25,848 nt of DNA from a virus. Taxonomy: Duplodnaviria; Caudoviricetes. The notes under the pieces were generated by a model, which was not told the origin of the DNA, made no database searches, and saw only the letters and a program-made list of their open reading frames with translations. Position 1 is the first letter of the stretch. The number at the start of each line of letters is the position of its first letter. The stretch is from positions 1-25,848 of the IMG/VR virus record IMGVR_UViG_3300017761_007555. One strand, written 5' to 3'. Shown here piece after piece: positions 1 through 7,631 of the stretch. The translations under genes and the position numbers were made by a program.

Positions 1-191
1 AATCTCAGAATAAGGCAAGAATAAACTTAAAGAACAGAGTATTGAGATTAAATCCTCAGGAAATGAGCGGCAAGCAAACTCCTGCCGGTGCATCAATCGG
101 AACCAGTATAGCTCTGGTTAAAAACATACTAAACGGAAGAGATGGCTATTTTATAAAATCGGTCATAGACGAATTAGTAAGATTACTATAA
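1..191 (+). CDS. 3' end of an upstream phage gene (partial), hypothetical protein
   Basis: The frame starting at base 3 is open to TAG at 189-191 (SQNKARINLKNRVLRLNPQEMSGKQTPAGASIGTSIALVKNILNGRDGYFIKSVIDELVRLL*) and ends 9 nt before the next ATG. Not in the ORF track. Confidence 0.75.
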   Translation, partial: SQNKARINLKNRVLRLNPQEMSGKQTPAGASIGTSIALVKNILNGRDGYFIKSVIDELVRLL

Positions 192-200
192 GAGAAGGCA

Positions 201-2300
201 ATGAAAAAATACTCATCATCAACATTAACAACGAGAAGCGAACCATCTGAGAATGATTTTGATTCATCAACTGATGAAATAAATTATCCAGATAGAGGCT
301 ATCAAACCTTCAATACTACCTTTGTAAATATTTTTAATGGAGAATCTATTGCGGAACCATTCGGATACGAATCTGGAATAATAAGTCCTGTTGATGATGA
401 GGGCATCTGCACCCCCGGACCAAAAGAAGCCTCTATCTCTACCTTTAAAGGTTTAGTCTCTACTGGGAGTTGGTCCTCAATAGCTACCTTTAATTTGAAT
501 TTAGATATTGATAAAATTCAAAAATATTCTTCTTCAAACTCCTTTGGTCTAAAAAAAGATCTTAGGTTTTCTCCTATTGATAAAAAATATGATCTTTTTT
601 ATTTTGATTTTTCAGAAATAAAAAAGAATGATCTACCCTACTGCATAAATAACGCATTAGCCTCATCTAGACCTTCTGCGGTTGGGTTTATCTCAGGAGT
701 TGGTCCAGATAATTTTGAGCAAATATCATCTCTTGGATTTTCTAAGTCTACATCGATATCAAATAATGAAGTTTTATTCATTAAAAAGAATGATCTTTCA
801 AAAATATCTCATGTTAAGATCACCTCTCCTGACGGAGCCCCGAAGGCCGAGTTCTTATGTGATGTTGCCAAGAATCTAGAAGATAAGATTGCAGGACTAC
901 AGCCATACAAAACCCTGAAGTATGGTTCAGGTCTTTTATTCCCATATGAAAGACCACAGGATGTAACTTATCACATGGGAACTGTTTCCTTCCCAATCGA
1001 TATAATCTTCGTTCAGTCCTCAGGCAAGATTAAAAAGATTGCAAATAATATCCTCCCAGGAACACTAGGGGTTTTTGGAGCTTCCGACGTATCCCTGGTG
1101 ATTGAAATTTCGGGAGGGGCAAGCAAAGAATTGGGGCTAAATGTTGGCGATAGCGTTCATCAAAACGTAGTAACTTCCGAAAGTATTGATAACTATAATA
1201 AACTGTATGGTAATTTTTCTTCAAAAGATAATTTTTATGTAAAAAATGCTTCCTTTACAAGAGCAATTTCTTTTGGAGAGTTTGAGTTAATTGCAGTTGA
1301 TGCTAACTCAAATGGCCCATCAAGAATGATCAAGAGCGCCTCAATAAATAGGAGTGCTCCCACCAAAAGAGAGTTATCAGTTTATAACTTTGACGATATT
1401 TTATATTCTGATTATGGGAAAATTAATAATCTAAGTTATTCAAAATTTATTCGCAGTGATGATAATAACTTATTTTTTAGCAAGTCTGCTTCTTTGTCTA
1501 ATTTTTTGGCAATCAACTCCTTCACACCTCCCGAGGTTAGAAAAACCTTCAATATGATAAAGAGTGATTTGGCCTTAGGAAAAAAGGTGGTTATCGCCAC
1601 CAAGACTTATAATAATCTAGGTCTTCTCAAATCGCTGATTATAAAAAGAGCCTCTGAGGAGGTAATTTTTAATAATGATATACATTCTGTCGAGCTGATC
1701 TCGATTCCGACGGGATCTATAAGTTCACATAGAGAAGATCTTATGGAAAGATTTTCTGCCTCTTCAATCTCCATTAAGAATATATCCCTTGAGAAGGAGG
1801 CCGGCTCGTTAATTTCTGATGAAGTAAAAATTGAGGCTTCTGACTGTGTCGAAATACTTTCTGAGGTTAAAGATAATCTTGATGAAGTTTTATCTTCGTT
1901 TAAAAATAACTCAGAGCAGTACCTAAAGAATAAAGACAAACCAGATCTTATAAAAGGTTCTGGAAAATCCTACAATGTTTCTTGCAAGAGAATTTCTAAA
2001 AAAATTGTAAAGATGCTTTTAAATATTAAAAAAATAATTAAAAAAATGAATAGTATTAAGGACATTTCCTCTGTTGATGAAAAGATAGAATCACTATCAC
2101 TCTCCTGTAAAGAGTTTGTTGATGTTGCCGAAGGCATATTTGAATTAGAAACTAAAATAAAAGAATCTGACTTTGTTGATAAGTTGTCTTCAGAAACTAG
2201 TAAAATAGAAAAGTCCGCAGAAGATGTAGATAACAATATTAAAAACTTTTCTGATTATATATTAAAAAATATTTTAAATAAAAAAGTTTTATCGAGGTAA
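201..2300 (+). CDS. Multidomain protein with an internal DUF192-like domain and a C-terminal helical region
   Basis: 699 aa. Residues ~217-319 (nt ~849-1157) show the DUF192 pattern: DVAKNLEDKIAGL...GLLFPY...YHMGTVSFPIDIIFV...VIEISGG..KELGLNVGDSV. The C-terminal ~160 aa are amphipathic and helical. Confidence 0.8.
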   Translation: MKKYSSSTLTTRSEPSENDFDSSTDEINYPDRGYQTFNTTFVNIFNGESIAEPFGYESGIISPVDDEGICTPGPKEASISTFKGLVSTGSWSSIATFNLNLDIDKIQKYSSSNSFGLKKDLRFSPIDKKYDLFYFDFSEIKKNDLPYCINNALASSRPSAVGFISGVGPDNFEQISSLGFSKSTSISNNEVLFIKKNDLSKISHVKITSPDGAPKAEFLCDVAKNLEDKIAGLQPYKTLKYGSGLLFPYERPQDVTYHMGTVSFPIDIIFVQSSGKIKKIANNILPGTLGVFGASDVSLVIEISGGASKELGLNVGDSVHQNVVTSESIDNYNKLYGNFSSKDNFYVKNASFTRAISFGEFELIAVDANSNGPSRMIKSASINRSAPTKRELSVYNFDDILYSDYGKINNLSYSKFIRSDDNNLFFSKSASLSNFLAINSFTPPEVRKTFNMIKSDLALGKKVVIATKTYNNLGLLKSLIIKRASEEVIFNNDIHSVELISIPTGSISSHREDLMERFSASSISIKNISLEKEAGSLISDEVKIEASDCVEILSEVKDNLDEVLSSFKNNSEQYLKNKDKPDLIKGSGKSYNVSCKRISKKIVKMLLNIKKIIKKMNSIKDISSVDEKIESLSLSCKEFVDVAEGIFELETKIKESDFVDKLSSETSKIEKSAEDVDNNIKNFSDYILKNILNKKVLSR

Positions 2301-2303
2301 ATT

Positions 2304-2516
2304 ATGTTTGTAAAGCACGGAGATTCCACAAAAACACTCTCTATAGAAAAGTCCGGAAGTGGCTGCAGTGTTTGTGGACAGCAAAAAATTAATGTTAATA
2401 ACAAAATAGAGTGCGAGTGTTCTGAGAATAAAAATTTTGAAAAGTTTAAAAAAATTCTTACACAGGATGATCTTTCGGCTAATTTTCAAGAAAATAAGCG
2501 AGTAGATGATGTTTAA
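2304..2516 (+). CDS. Small Cys-containing hypothetical protein (possible zinc ribbon)
   Basis: 70 aa with CSVC...CEC. Starts 3 nt after the upstream stop and overlaps the next start. Confidence 0.6.
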   Translation: MFVKHGDSTKTLSIEKSGSGCSVCGQQKINVNNKIECECSENKNFEKFKKILTQDDLSANFQENKRVDDV

Positions 2517-5500
2517 AAAAATAGGTTATTCTCCATCGCCAATTACCCAAATCTCAAAAGAAGCAGTTCTTGCCGATCCTGTTATTATCGAGAGAATGAC
2601 AAAGCTGGCTCACGAGATTAAGAGTCTTGCCGCAAAGTCTGATGACTTTCTCTATTTCTCCATCATCTTTCTTAAGTCCGCAGAATCGGCCCTTCTTGAC
2701 GAAACAGGAAACCTGAAGAAGGTAGGAAATGATAGAGCCTGGGGCTACTTTGATGAAGGTTGGAAGTGGCATGGAAACGTCAAGCCGCACAAAAATAACA
2801 ATGGTGATATCTTTCCAGAAGTAGAATTAAAAAAGGCAGCCTCCAAGTGGATAGGAATGCCACTTTGCAAAGATCACGAATCATCATCTGTTGATGGAAT
2901 AAGAGGAATTATTCTTGATACCTATTATGATGATAAGATGAAGCAGGTAGTTGGCCTTTGCGCTCTTGATAAAATCAACTACGCGGATCTTGCAAGAAAA
3001 GTTGAGACCGGTGTAGTAAGATATGGCTCAATGGGTACCGCAGTAGAAACATCTGTTTGCTCAGATTGTCAGAACTTTGCAAAAACTGCAAATGAATATT
3101 GTGCACATGTTAAGGGCCGTACTGCTTGGGGCGAAGTTAACGTAGGACTTAAGCCAATCGAATACAGCTTGGTTGTTCAGCCTGCAGAACCTGGCGCAAT
3201 ACTTCTTCGCTGTATTGCCTCTCTACAAGATTATAAAAAAGAATTTTCTAACTATGGCATTCAGAATTTCGATGAGATACTTGGAAAGCTTTCTCTCGAT
3301 CAAGCACAACATCTCAACACCATAGTTAAAACCGCCTGCGGAGAAGATGGATGCTCTCCTTCCGAAAGGAAAAAGATCATCACATCCTTTCTAAAGAATA
3401 ATAACTTTTTTTCGTCACCAGTTAATGAAAATCAAACCATGACTTCCTCTTGGAGTGATAATCTTCGTAACATTGGGGAGTTTGTTCGCACAAATCTTGA
3501 TGACGTAAAAGATTACTCCTTCGGTGGCAGTAATGGAGTTGTTGCCACTGGTGTAGAAAATTCAGCCGATAGGGGGAATCCATTTTTAGGAGATTCAATT
3601 CTAGATAATGCAACCCCAGATACTCAAGCAATCTATGCATCTCAAAACAATCTTGGCCATAAAAAAGCCAAATCTTTAATTTCAACAATCATGGAGGATA
3701 TAATGACCGAGTCACAGCTCAAGAAAAGAGCAGAATTAAGAAGAACACTAGCCTATCATCAGGGTGGAGCAGACGGTGTAGAGCCAACCGGCACCTACAA
3801 GTCCAAGCCATTCTCTCATAACGAAGACAAGCACATGAAGCAAACCAAGACCATGGGCAGCAAAGATGGCCTCTTCCCAGGCGACGAGCAAAAGAAAGAG
3901 AAGCTCTCTCGTGCAGAGCTTGAAGAGCGTCAGATGCGTCGTGTTGCTTACTTCCAGGGTGGTTCTGAGAAGGCAGCTGAGCCATCAGGCTACAAGTCCA
4001 AGCCATTCTCTCACAACGAAGATAAGCACATGAAGCAAACCAAGTCCATGGGCGGAAAGGAAACTCTCTTTCCGGGCGATGAGAAGACCAAGCAAACACT
4101 CAAAAGAGCCGCTTACAATGGTCCATCCCTCAGCACCAAGCTAATCTGGCCAGTTTCTCCTGCCGGTGGCATCAATAAGTCTGCCGCTCTCTTTGAAGTT
4201 TACGCTGGCGACAAGAAAGTAATTGCCGCAACAGGTCACGAGATCTTTGGAAATGAAATTGGTCAGAATTGGGACTGGTTTACCAGCAAGCAATACGGCC
4301 AGGAAGTTTGCAAGCAAATCAGAACCGCAGGACTTAACCAGGTAGCCGCCCTTCTTAAGGGAGCTCAGGCCATGGATCCTGCTGCACCAGTTCCTCCCCC
4401 AGCAGATATGTCTGCTCCTCCCGCTCCTCCAATGCCAGATATGGGCCCAATGCCAGGCATGGAAGAGGAGATGGATGGAAGCGAAGAGAAGAAGTCTCCA
4501 AAGGAAGAAGTTGAGGAGTCCCTCACTGTTATGGAAAGCGAGATTGATAAAGTGAGAAAGGCCCTACAGGGACTTGCTGGCGGTGAAGATGTTAACGTAA
4601 ATGTTAACGTTGGAAAAGATGGTGAAGAAGAGGGTGGTTCACTTAAGCTTTCTCACTCTGTAGCCCTTCAGCTAAAGACTGCACTTGCTGAAATGAATGA
4701 GTCTGCCGACGAACTCGCCATGATTGCAGAGACTTACGAAGGCGCCGGTCGCCTCTCCGCTGATAACAGAAGAGAGCTTGACAAGATTGCTACCGCCTCT
4801 CTCCGAGAAGCTTCAAGCCTCATTGGTCAATCAACTACCCTCACCAAGATGGCAAGAACACTCTCCCTTGAGTTTACTAAGGTCGCAAAAGTTGCTTACG
4901 CTGAAGATATGATGGGTAATAGGATGCCCGGTGGCGATATGATGCACGATGGTGAAGTGCACGGTATGATGAACGATATGAACGATATGACCGATAATGT
5001 TGAAGAAGATGATATGGCCGATATGATGCACGATATGGCCGATGATGCTAATGATGACGAAGAAGAAGATGAAGCAGCAGACGATTCTGTTGATAACCTC
5101 ATGGCAAAGGCTATGGATCTTCGCCGCATCAGAAGAGAGCAACTTGTAGTTGAGGCTGCCAAAAAAGCAGACCCAAAGATGGCCGCAAAAATGAAGGCCC
5201 TTCGCGAAATGCAGAAAGACGATGCTAAGGATATGAAGGCAAAGGCAAAAGCAAAGGCAGAAAAAGCAGCTGAAAAAGAAGAAGCAGCAGCCGAAAAAGA
5301 AAAGGCAGAAAAGGCAGGAAAGAAGAAGGAAATGTCCAAGTCTGCCGGTCTTCGCGATATGGTAAATGACGCCTTCCAGACCAAGAAAGCTGAAGACGAA
5401 AAGGATTCCTATAAGATCAAACTTCGCAGAGCATATGATGTTGCTATCGACATGCAGAAGAAGGGACTTCTTCCTATCAGTAAGACCGCACTTGATAAGC

Positions 5501-5691
5501 AGGTAGATGACATCATGGACTTTGATGACAAGGCTTTTGAAGCCTTCAAAAGAAGTGTTGCCTCTGCTCGCCCAGTTGAAACCATAAAAATCGCAAGAGA
5601 TCTCGGTGGTCTAAATGTCGGTGTGGAATCATCCACAGAACAGACTCCATCTAGATCAACTGCAGAACTTCTCAGCATGCTTTGGGAATAA
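2506..5691 (+). CDS. Prohead maturation protease fused to scaffolding protein
   Basis: The N-terminal ~240 aa have HK97/assemblin-type protease hallmarks (NNNGDIF, LCKDH His at 2875, RGIILD, YGSMG Ser at 3028, IEYSLVVQPAEP) plus a CSDC...CAH insert. The remainder is acidic, coiled-coil and low-complexity like a scaffold. It lies upstream of the major capsid gene. Confidence 0.8.
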   Translation: MMFKKIGYSPSPITQISKEAVLADPVIIERMTKLAHEIKSLAAKSDDFLYFSIIFLKSAESALLDETGNLKKVGNDRAWGYFDEGWKWHGNVKPHKNNNGDIFPEVELKKAASKWIGMPLCKDHESSSVDGIRGIILDTYYDDKMKQVVGLCALDKINYADLARKVETGVVRYGSMGTAVETSVCSDCQNFAKTANEYCAHVKGRTAWGEVNVGLKPIEYSLVVQPAEPGAILLRCIASLQDYKKEFSNYGIQNFDEILGKLSLDQAQHLNTIVKTACGEDGCSPSERKKIITSFLKNNNFFSSPVNENQTMTSSWSDNLRNIGEFVRTNLDDVKDYSFGGSNGVVATGVENSADRGNPFLGDSILDNATPDTQAIYASQNNLGHKKAKSLISTIMEDIMTESQLKKRAELRRTLAYHQGGADGVEPTGTYKSKPFSHNEDKHMKQTKTMGSKDGLFPGDEQKKEKLSRAELEERQMRRVAYFQGGSEKAAEPSGYKSKPFSHNEDKHMKQTKSMGGKETLFPGDEKTKQTLKRAAYNGPSLSTKLIWPVSPAGGINKSAALFEVYAGDKKVIAATGHEIFGNEIGQNWDWFTSKQYGQEVCKQIRTAGLNQVAALLKGAQAMDPAAPVPPPADMSAPPAPPMPDMGPMPGMEEEMDGSEEKKSPKEEVEESLTVMESEIDKVRKALQGLAGGEDVNVNVNVGKDGEEEGGSLKLSHSVALQLKTALAEMNESADELAMIAETYEGAGRLSADNRRELDKIATASLREASSLIGQSTTLTKMARTLSLEFTKVAKVAYAEDMMGNRMPGGDMMHDGEVHGMMNDMNDMTDNVEEDDMADMMHDMADDANDDEEEDEAADDSVDNLMAKAMDLRRIRREQLVVEAAKKADPKMAAKMKALREMQKDDAKDMKAKAKAKAEKAAEKEEAAAEKEKAEKAGKKKEMSKSAGLRDMVNDAFQTKKAEDEKDSYKIKLRRAYDVAIDMQKKGLLPISKTALDKQVDDIMDFDDKAFEAFKRSVASARPVETIKIARDLGGLNVGVESSTEQTPSRSTAELLSMLWE
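3703..5691 (+). CDS. Putative nested in-frame scaffolding protein (internal start)
   Basis: GGAGG at 3693-3697 lies 5 nt before an in-frame ATG at 3703 (codon 400). Codon usage appears to shift toward C-ending codons from here. Confidence 0.55.
   Translation: MTESQLKKRAELRRTLAYHQGGADGVEPTGTYKSKPFSHNEDKHMKQTKTMGSKDGLFPGDEQKKEKLSRAELEERQMRRVAYFQGGSEKAAEPSGYKSKPFSHNEDKHMKQTKSMGGKETLFPGDEKTKQTLKRAAYNGPSLSTKLIWPVSPAGGINKSAALFEVYAGDKKVIAATGHEIFGNEIGQNWDWFTSKQYGQEVCKQIRTAGLNQVAALLKGAQAMDPAAPVPPPADMSAPPAPPMPDMGPMPGMEEEMDGSEEKKSPKEEVEESLTVMESEIDKVRKALQGLAGGEDVNVNVNVGKDGEEEGGSLKLSHSVALQLKTALAEMNESADELAMIAETYEGAGRLSADNRRELDKIATASLREASSLIGQSTTLTKMARTLSLEFTKVAKVAYAEDMMGNRMPGGDMMHDGEVHGMMNDMNDMTDNVEEDDMADMMHDMADDANDDEEEDEAADDSVDNLMAKAMDLRRIRREQLVVEAAKKADPKMAAKMKALREMQKDDAKDMKAKAKAKAEKAAEKEEAAAEKEKAEKAGKKKEMSKSAGLRDMVNDAFQTKKAEDEKDSYKIKLRRAYDVAIDMQKKGLLPISKTALDKQVDDIMDFDDKAFEAFKRSVASARPVETIKIARDLGGLNVGVESSTEQTPSRSTAELLSMLWE
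3748..4110 (+). repeat. Tandem duplication of a 65-aa (195-nt period) unit in the scaffold region
   Basis: AY(H/F)QGG...YKSKPFSHNEDKHMKQTK.MG.K..LFPGDE..K..L.RA occurs twice. Near-identical DNA at 3796-3849 and 3991-4044. Confidence 0.9.
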
Positions 5692-5700
5692 GGAGATAAT

Positions 5701-6330
5701 ATGAGAAAAATTGCCGCAGATTCAATTGCAGATGAAATGTTCTCCCTACTCAGGAAGAATGCTTCTTGGCAAAAGAAAGCAAATGAAGAAATAGAAGCAA
5801 TGAAACATAACGCCAAGGATGACTCTGTTGAGGACGACTCTGCAGATTATTCAGATGACTCTGATGAAGATAACTCAGAAGATAATCTTGAAGACTTTCT
5901 TATGGCAGACGATGTCGAAGATGAAGACGATGCCTCCTACGTTGATGATGAAATCAAAGATATGGAATATATGTCTGATGATAATATGAAGGATAGGGGA
6001 GATATGAAAAACTCTCTTATGAGACAGCTTGGTGGTTCTGAAAAAATGGAGAATATGTCTGATGATAGTCTTACGGCTTCCGCCAGCGACCGTCATCTCA
6101 TGCAGGGTCTTGGAAAAATTGAAGCATCTCTTCGCCGTAAAGGTGAAGGATTTGCCGCCGATCTAGTTCGCACCACTGCACTCAGCATTCAGGAAGATAT
6201 CGTCAAAGAAGCTTCTCAGAAGACTTATGTCCTCAGGAATCTTATCAAGATGGCCTCAGACCTTGATCGTAAGGGCGAAAGAAAAGCTGCTTCTATGGTA
6301 AAGGAAACTATCGCAAAAATTAATAGATAA
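5701..6330 (+). CDS. Acidic putative prohead core/internal head protein
   Basis: AGGAG RBS, 209 aa, Asp/Glu-rich centre, two copies of a C-terminal helical-hairpin motif. Directly follows the protease-scaffold gene. Confidence 0.7.
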   Translation: MRKIAADSIADEMFSLLRKNASWQKKANEEIEAMKHNAKDDSVEDDSADYSDDSDEDNSEDNLEDFLMADDVEDEDDASYVDDEIKDMEYMSDDNMKDRGDMKNSLMRQLGGSEKMENMSDDSLTASASDRHLMQGLGKIEASLRRKGEGFAADLVRTTALSIQEDIVKEASQKTYVLRNLIKMASDLDRKGERKAASMVKETIAKINR

Positions 6331-6350
6331 TAATTTTTCTATAGATTAAG

Positions 6351-6391
6351 AGAAGTAGGAATAGTAAAATATTCCTACTTCTTCTTTTTTT
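6351..6391 (+). terminator. Rho-independent terminator
   Basis: Perfect 13-bp stem AGAAGTAGGAATA / TATTCCTACTTCT with a 6-nt loop, followed by TCTTTTTTT. Confidence 0.85.
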
Positions 6392-6398
6392 GCTAATT
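6391..6398 (+). promoter_or_regulatory. Recurrent upstream motif TGCTAATT (putative late promoter)
   Basis: Variant of T(G/A)CTAATA seen at most intergenic gaps. Lies 26 nt upstream of the GTG start at 6425. Confidence 0.55.
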
Positions 6399-6424
6399 AA
6401 TAAAGATTACTTTGGAGATACTAA

Positions 6425-7123
6425 GTGTTAAAAGTAATACATTCCGGAAATGCCATGCCAATGTCGCTTCCTGTGGACCCAACGGCAGAGTTTCAGCCTG
6501 GGGCATTCGCACAACTTAGAGTTATTGGTAACGATATAGTTGCCGGCGTTTCTGATGGAACCGCTCCAATAGGGATTATCGATGATGCTAGAATTTCAGC
6601 ATTTACCAGATCTCAAATTGATGAAATAGTTCAGATTCAGGTTCCTTCCACCTCCATAGGAATAGACTCCAATGGAAAATTGGTAAACCTAGTGGAAGTA
6701 AGTAGCCCTCTGGATAATCCGCACTTAATTCAGTCAAGTTTTATTTCAAATATCTCCGTATTCTTAAATTATGTTAATGGAATAATTACCGTTCCAGCCG
6801 GTACAGAGCTAAATTACGACTTTGATGGAGATGGATCAAATGATGGATATAAGATTGTAACCAGCTATATCTACCGAATTTCAAATAAGCCAGGTGATGA
6901 TACAACCCTATCTAGTGGAAGAGTCACCGTACATTATCAAAGGGGAATTTACGCAACAGATCAATTTGATACCACTCAAGCCTATCCGTTAAACGCAACC
7001 CTCTACGTTGGGCTTGATGGTCATCTTACCTCCAAGCAACCAACTGAAAATCACCCCGGTATTGCTCTAGTTACCGGCCCACCGGCCTCAACTCAAAATA
7101 ATTTAGAATTTTTGCTGCTCTAA
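6425..7123 (+). CDS. Capsid decoration/cement-like protein, paralogue of 9815..10471
   Basis: GTG start with GGAG at 6414. Shares GIIDD/GLVDD, T.SSGRVTV/TSFGSGKATL, GIYATDQF/GLYGITSDAF and TLY/KLY blocks with the gene upstream of the capsid gene. Confidence 0.6.
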   Translation: MLKVIHSGNAMPMSLPVDPTAEFQPGAFAQLRVIGNDIVAGVSDGTAPIGIIDDARISAFTRSQIDEIVQIQVPSTSIGIDSNGKLVNLVEVSSPLDNPHLIQSSFISNISVFLNYVNGIITVPAGTELNYDFDGDGSNDGYKIVTSYIYRISNKPGDDTTLSSGRVTVHYQRGIYATDQFDTTQAYPLNATLYVGLDGHLTSKQPTENHPGIALVTGPPASTQNNLEFLLL

Positions 7124-7160
7124 ATCAAAAGAGCAATTGCCCACTAACCTACTATTATTT

Positions 7161-7167
7161 TGCTAAC
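7161..7167 (+). promoter_or_regulatory. Recurrent upstream motif variant TGCTAAC
   Basis: Located in the intergenic gap after a T-run, upstream of the RBS at 7180. Confidence 0.4.
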
Positions 7168-7189
7168 TATTTAACACATGGAGAATTGT

Positions 7190-7630
7190 ATGTTTAAAAG
7201 ATGGTCAAAAGAAGATAGAGGCTCTTGGGAAAGAAGCGAAGTAATGAAGGAGCTTGAGTCTCAAATTCTTGCAAAATACGCTGTAGTAGAGAGGTTCGCT
7301 CAAGAAAAAACAAATCTTCCAAATCTTGAAGACGTGGCAAACGCTAAAAAAGCGGTTGAAGGTCTTACTGGTGCATTTGAAGACTTATCAAAAGCAGTTT
7401 CCGGTTCCGCAGCAGATGATGGCGCAGTAGAAAAGAGCTGTGCTTGCGATAACTCTTCCGATCAGATGTGTGCTGTCTGTGGTGATAACTATACTGATAA
7501 TGAAGTATCCATGGCCAAAGATGAGATTATTAACGAACTACAAAGAATGGCTGATGAAGCTATCGGTATGCGAAATATAAAATTAGCATATAAGATTGAA
7601 AGAACTATTGCCGAGATGAAGGAAGAATGA
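7190..7630 (+). CDS. Putative internal head protein with CxC...CxxC and a C-terminal helical motif
   Basis: The ORF track starts at 7178, but GGAG at 7180-7183 favours ATG 7190 (MFKRWSKE). Contains ERFAQ, CACD...CAVC and LQRMADEA...KIERTI. Confidence 0.65.
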   Translation: MFKRWSKEDRGSWERSEVMKELESQILAKYAVVERFAQEKTNLPNLEDVANAKKAVEGLTGAFEDLSKAVSGSAADDGAVEKSCACDNSSDQMCAVCGDNYTDNEVSMAKDEIINELQRMADEAIGMRNIKLAYKIERTIAEMKEE

Positions 7631-7631
7631 G

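Noticed and set aside
3796-4044. Near-identical 54-nt pair as a DGR template/variable repeat
   Set aside because: The differences are synonymous C/T changes rather than adenine-specific, and both copies lie in one ORF, so this is a simple intragenic duplication.
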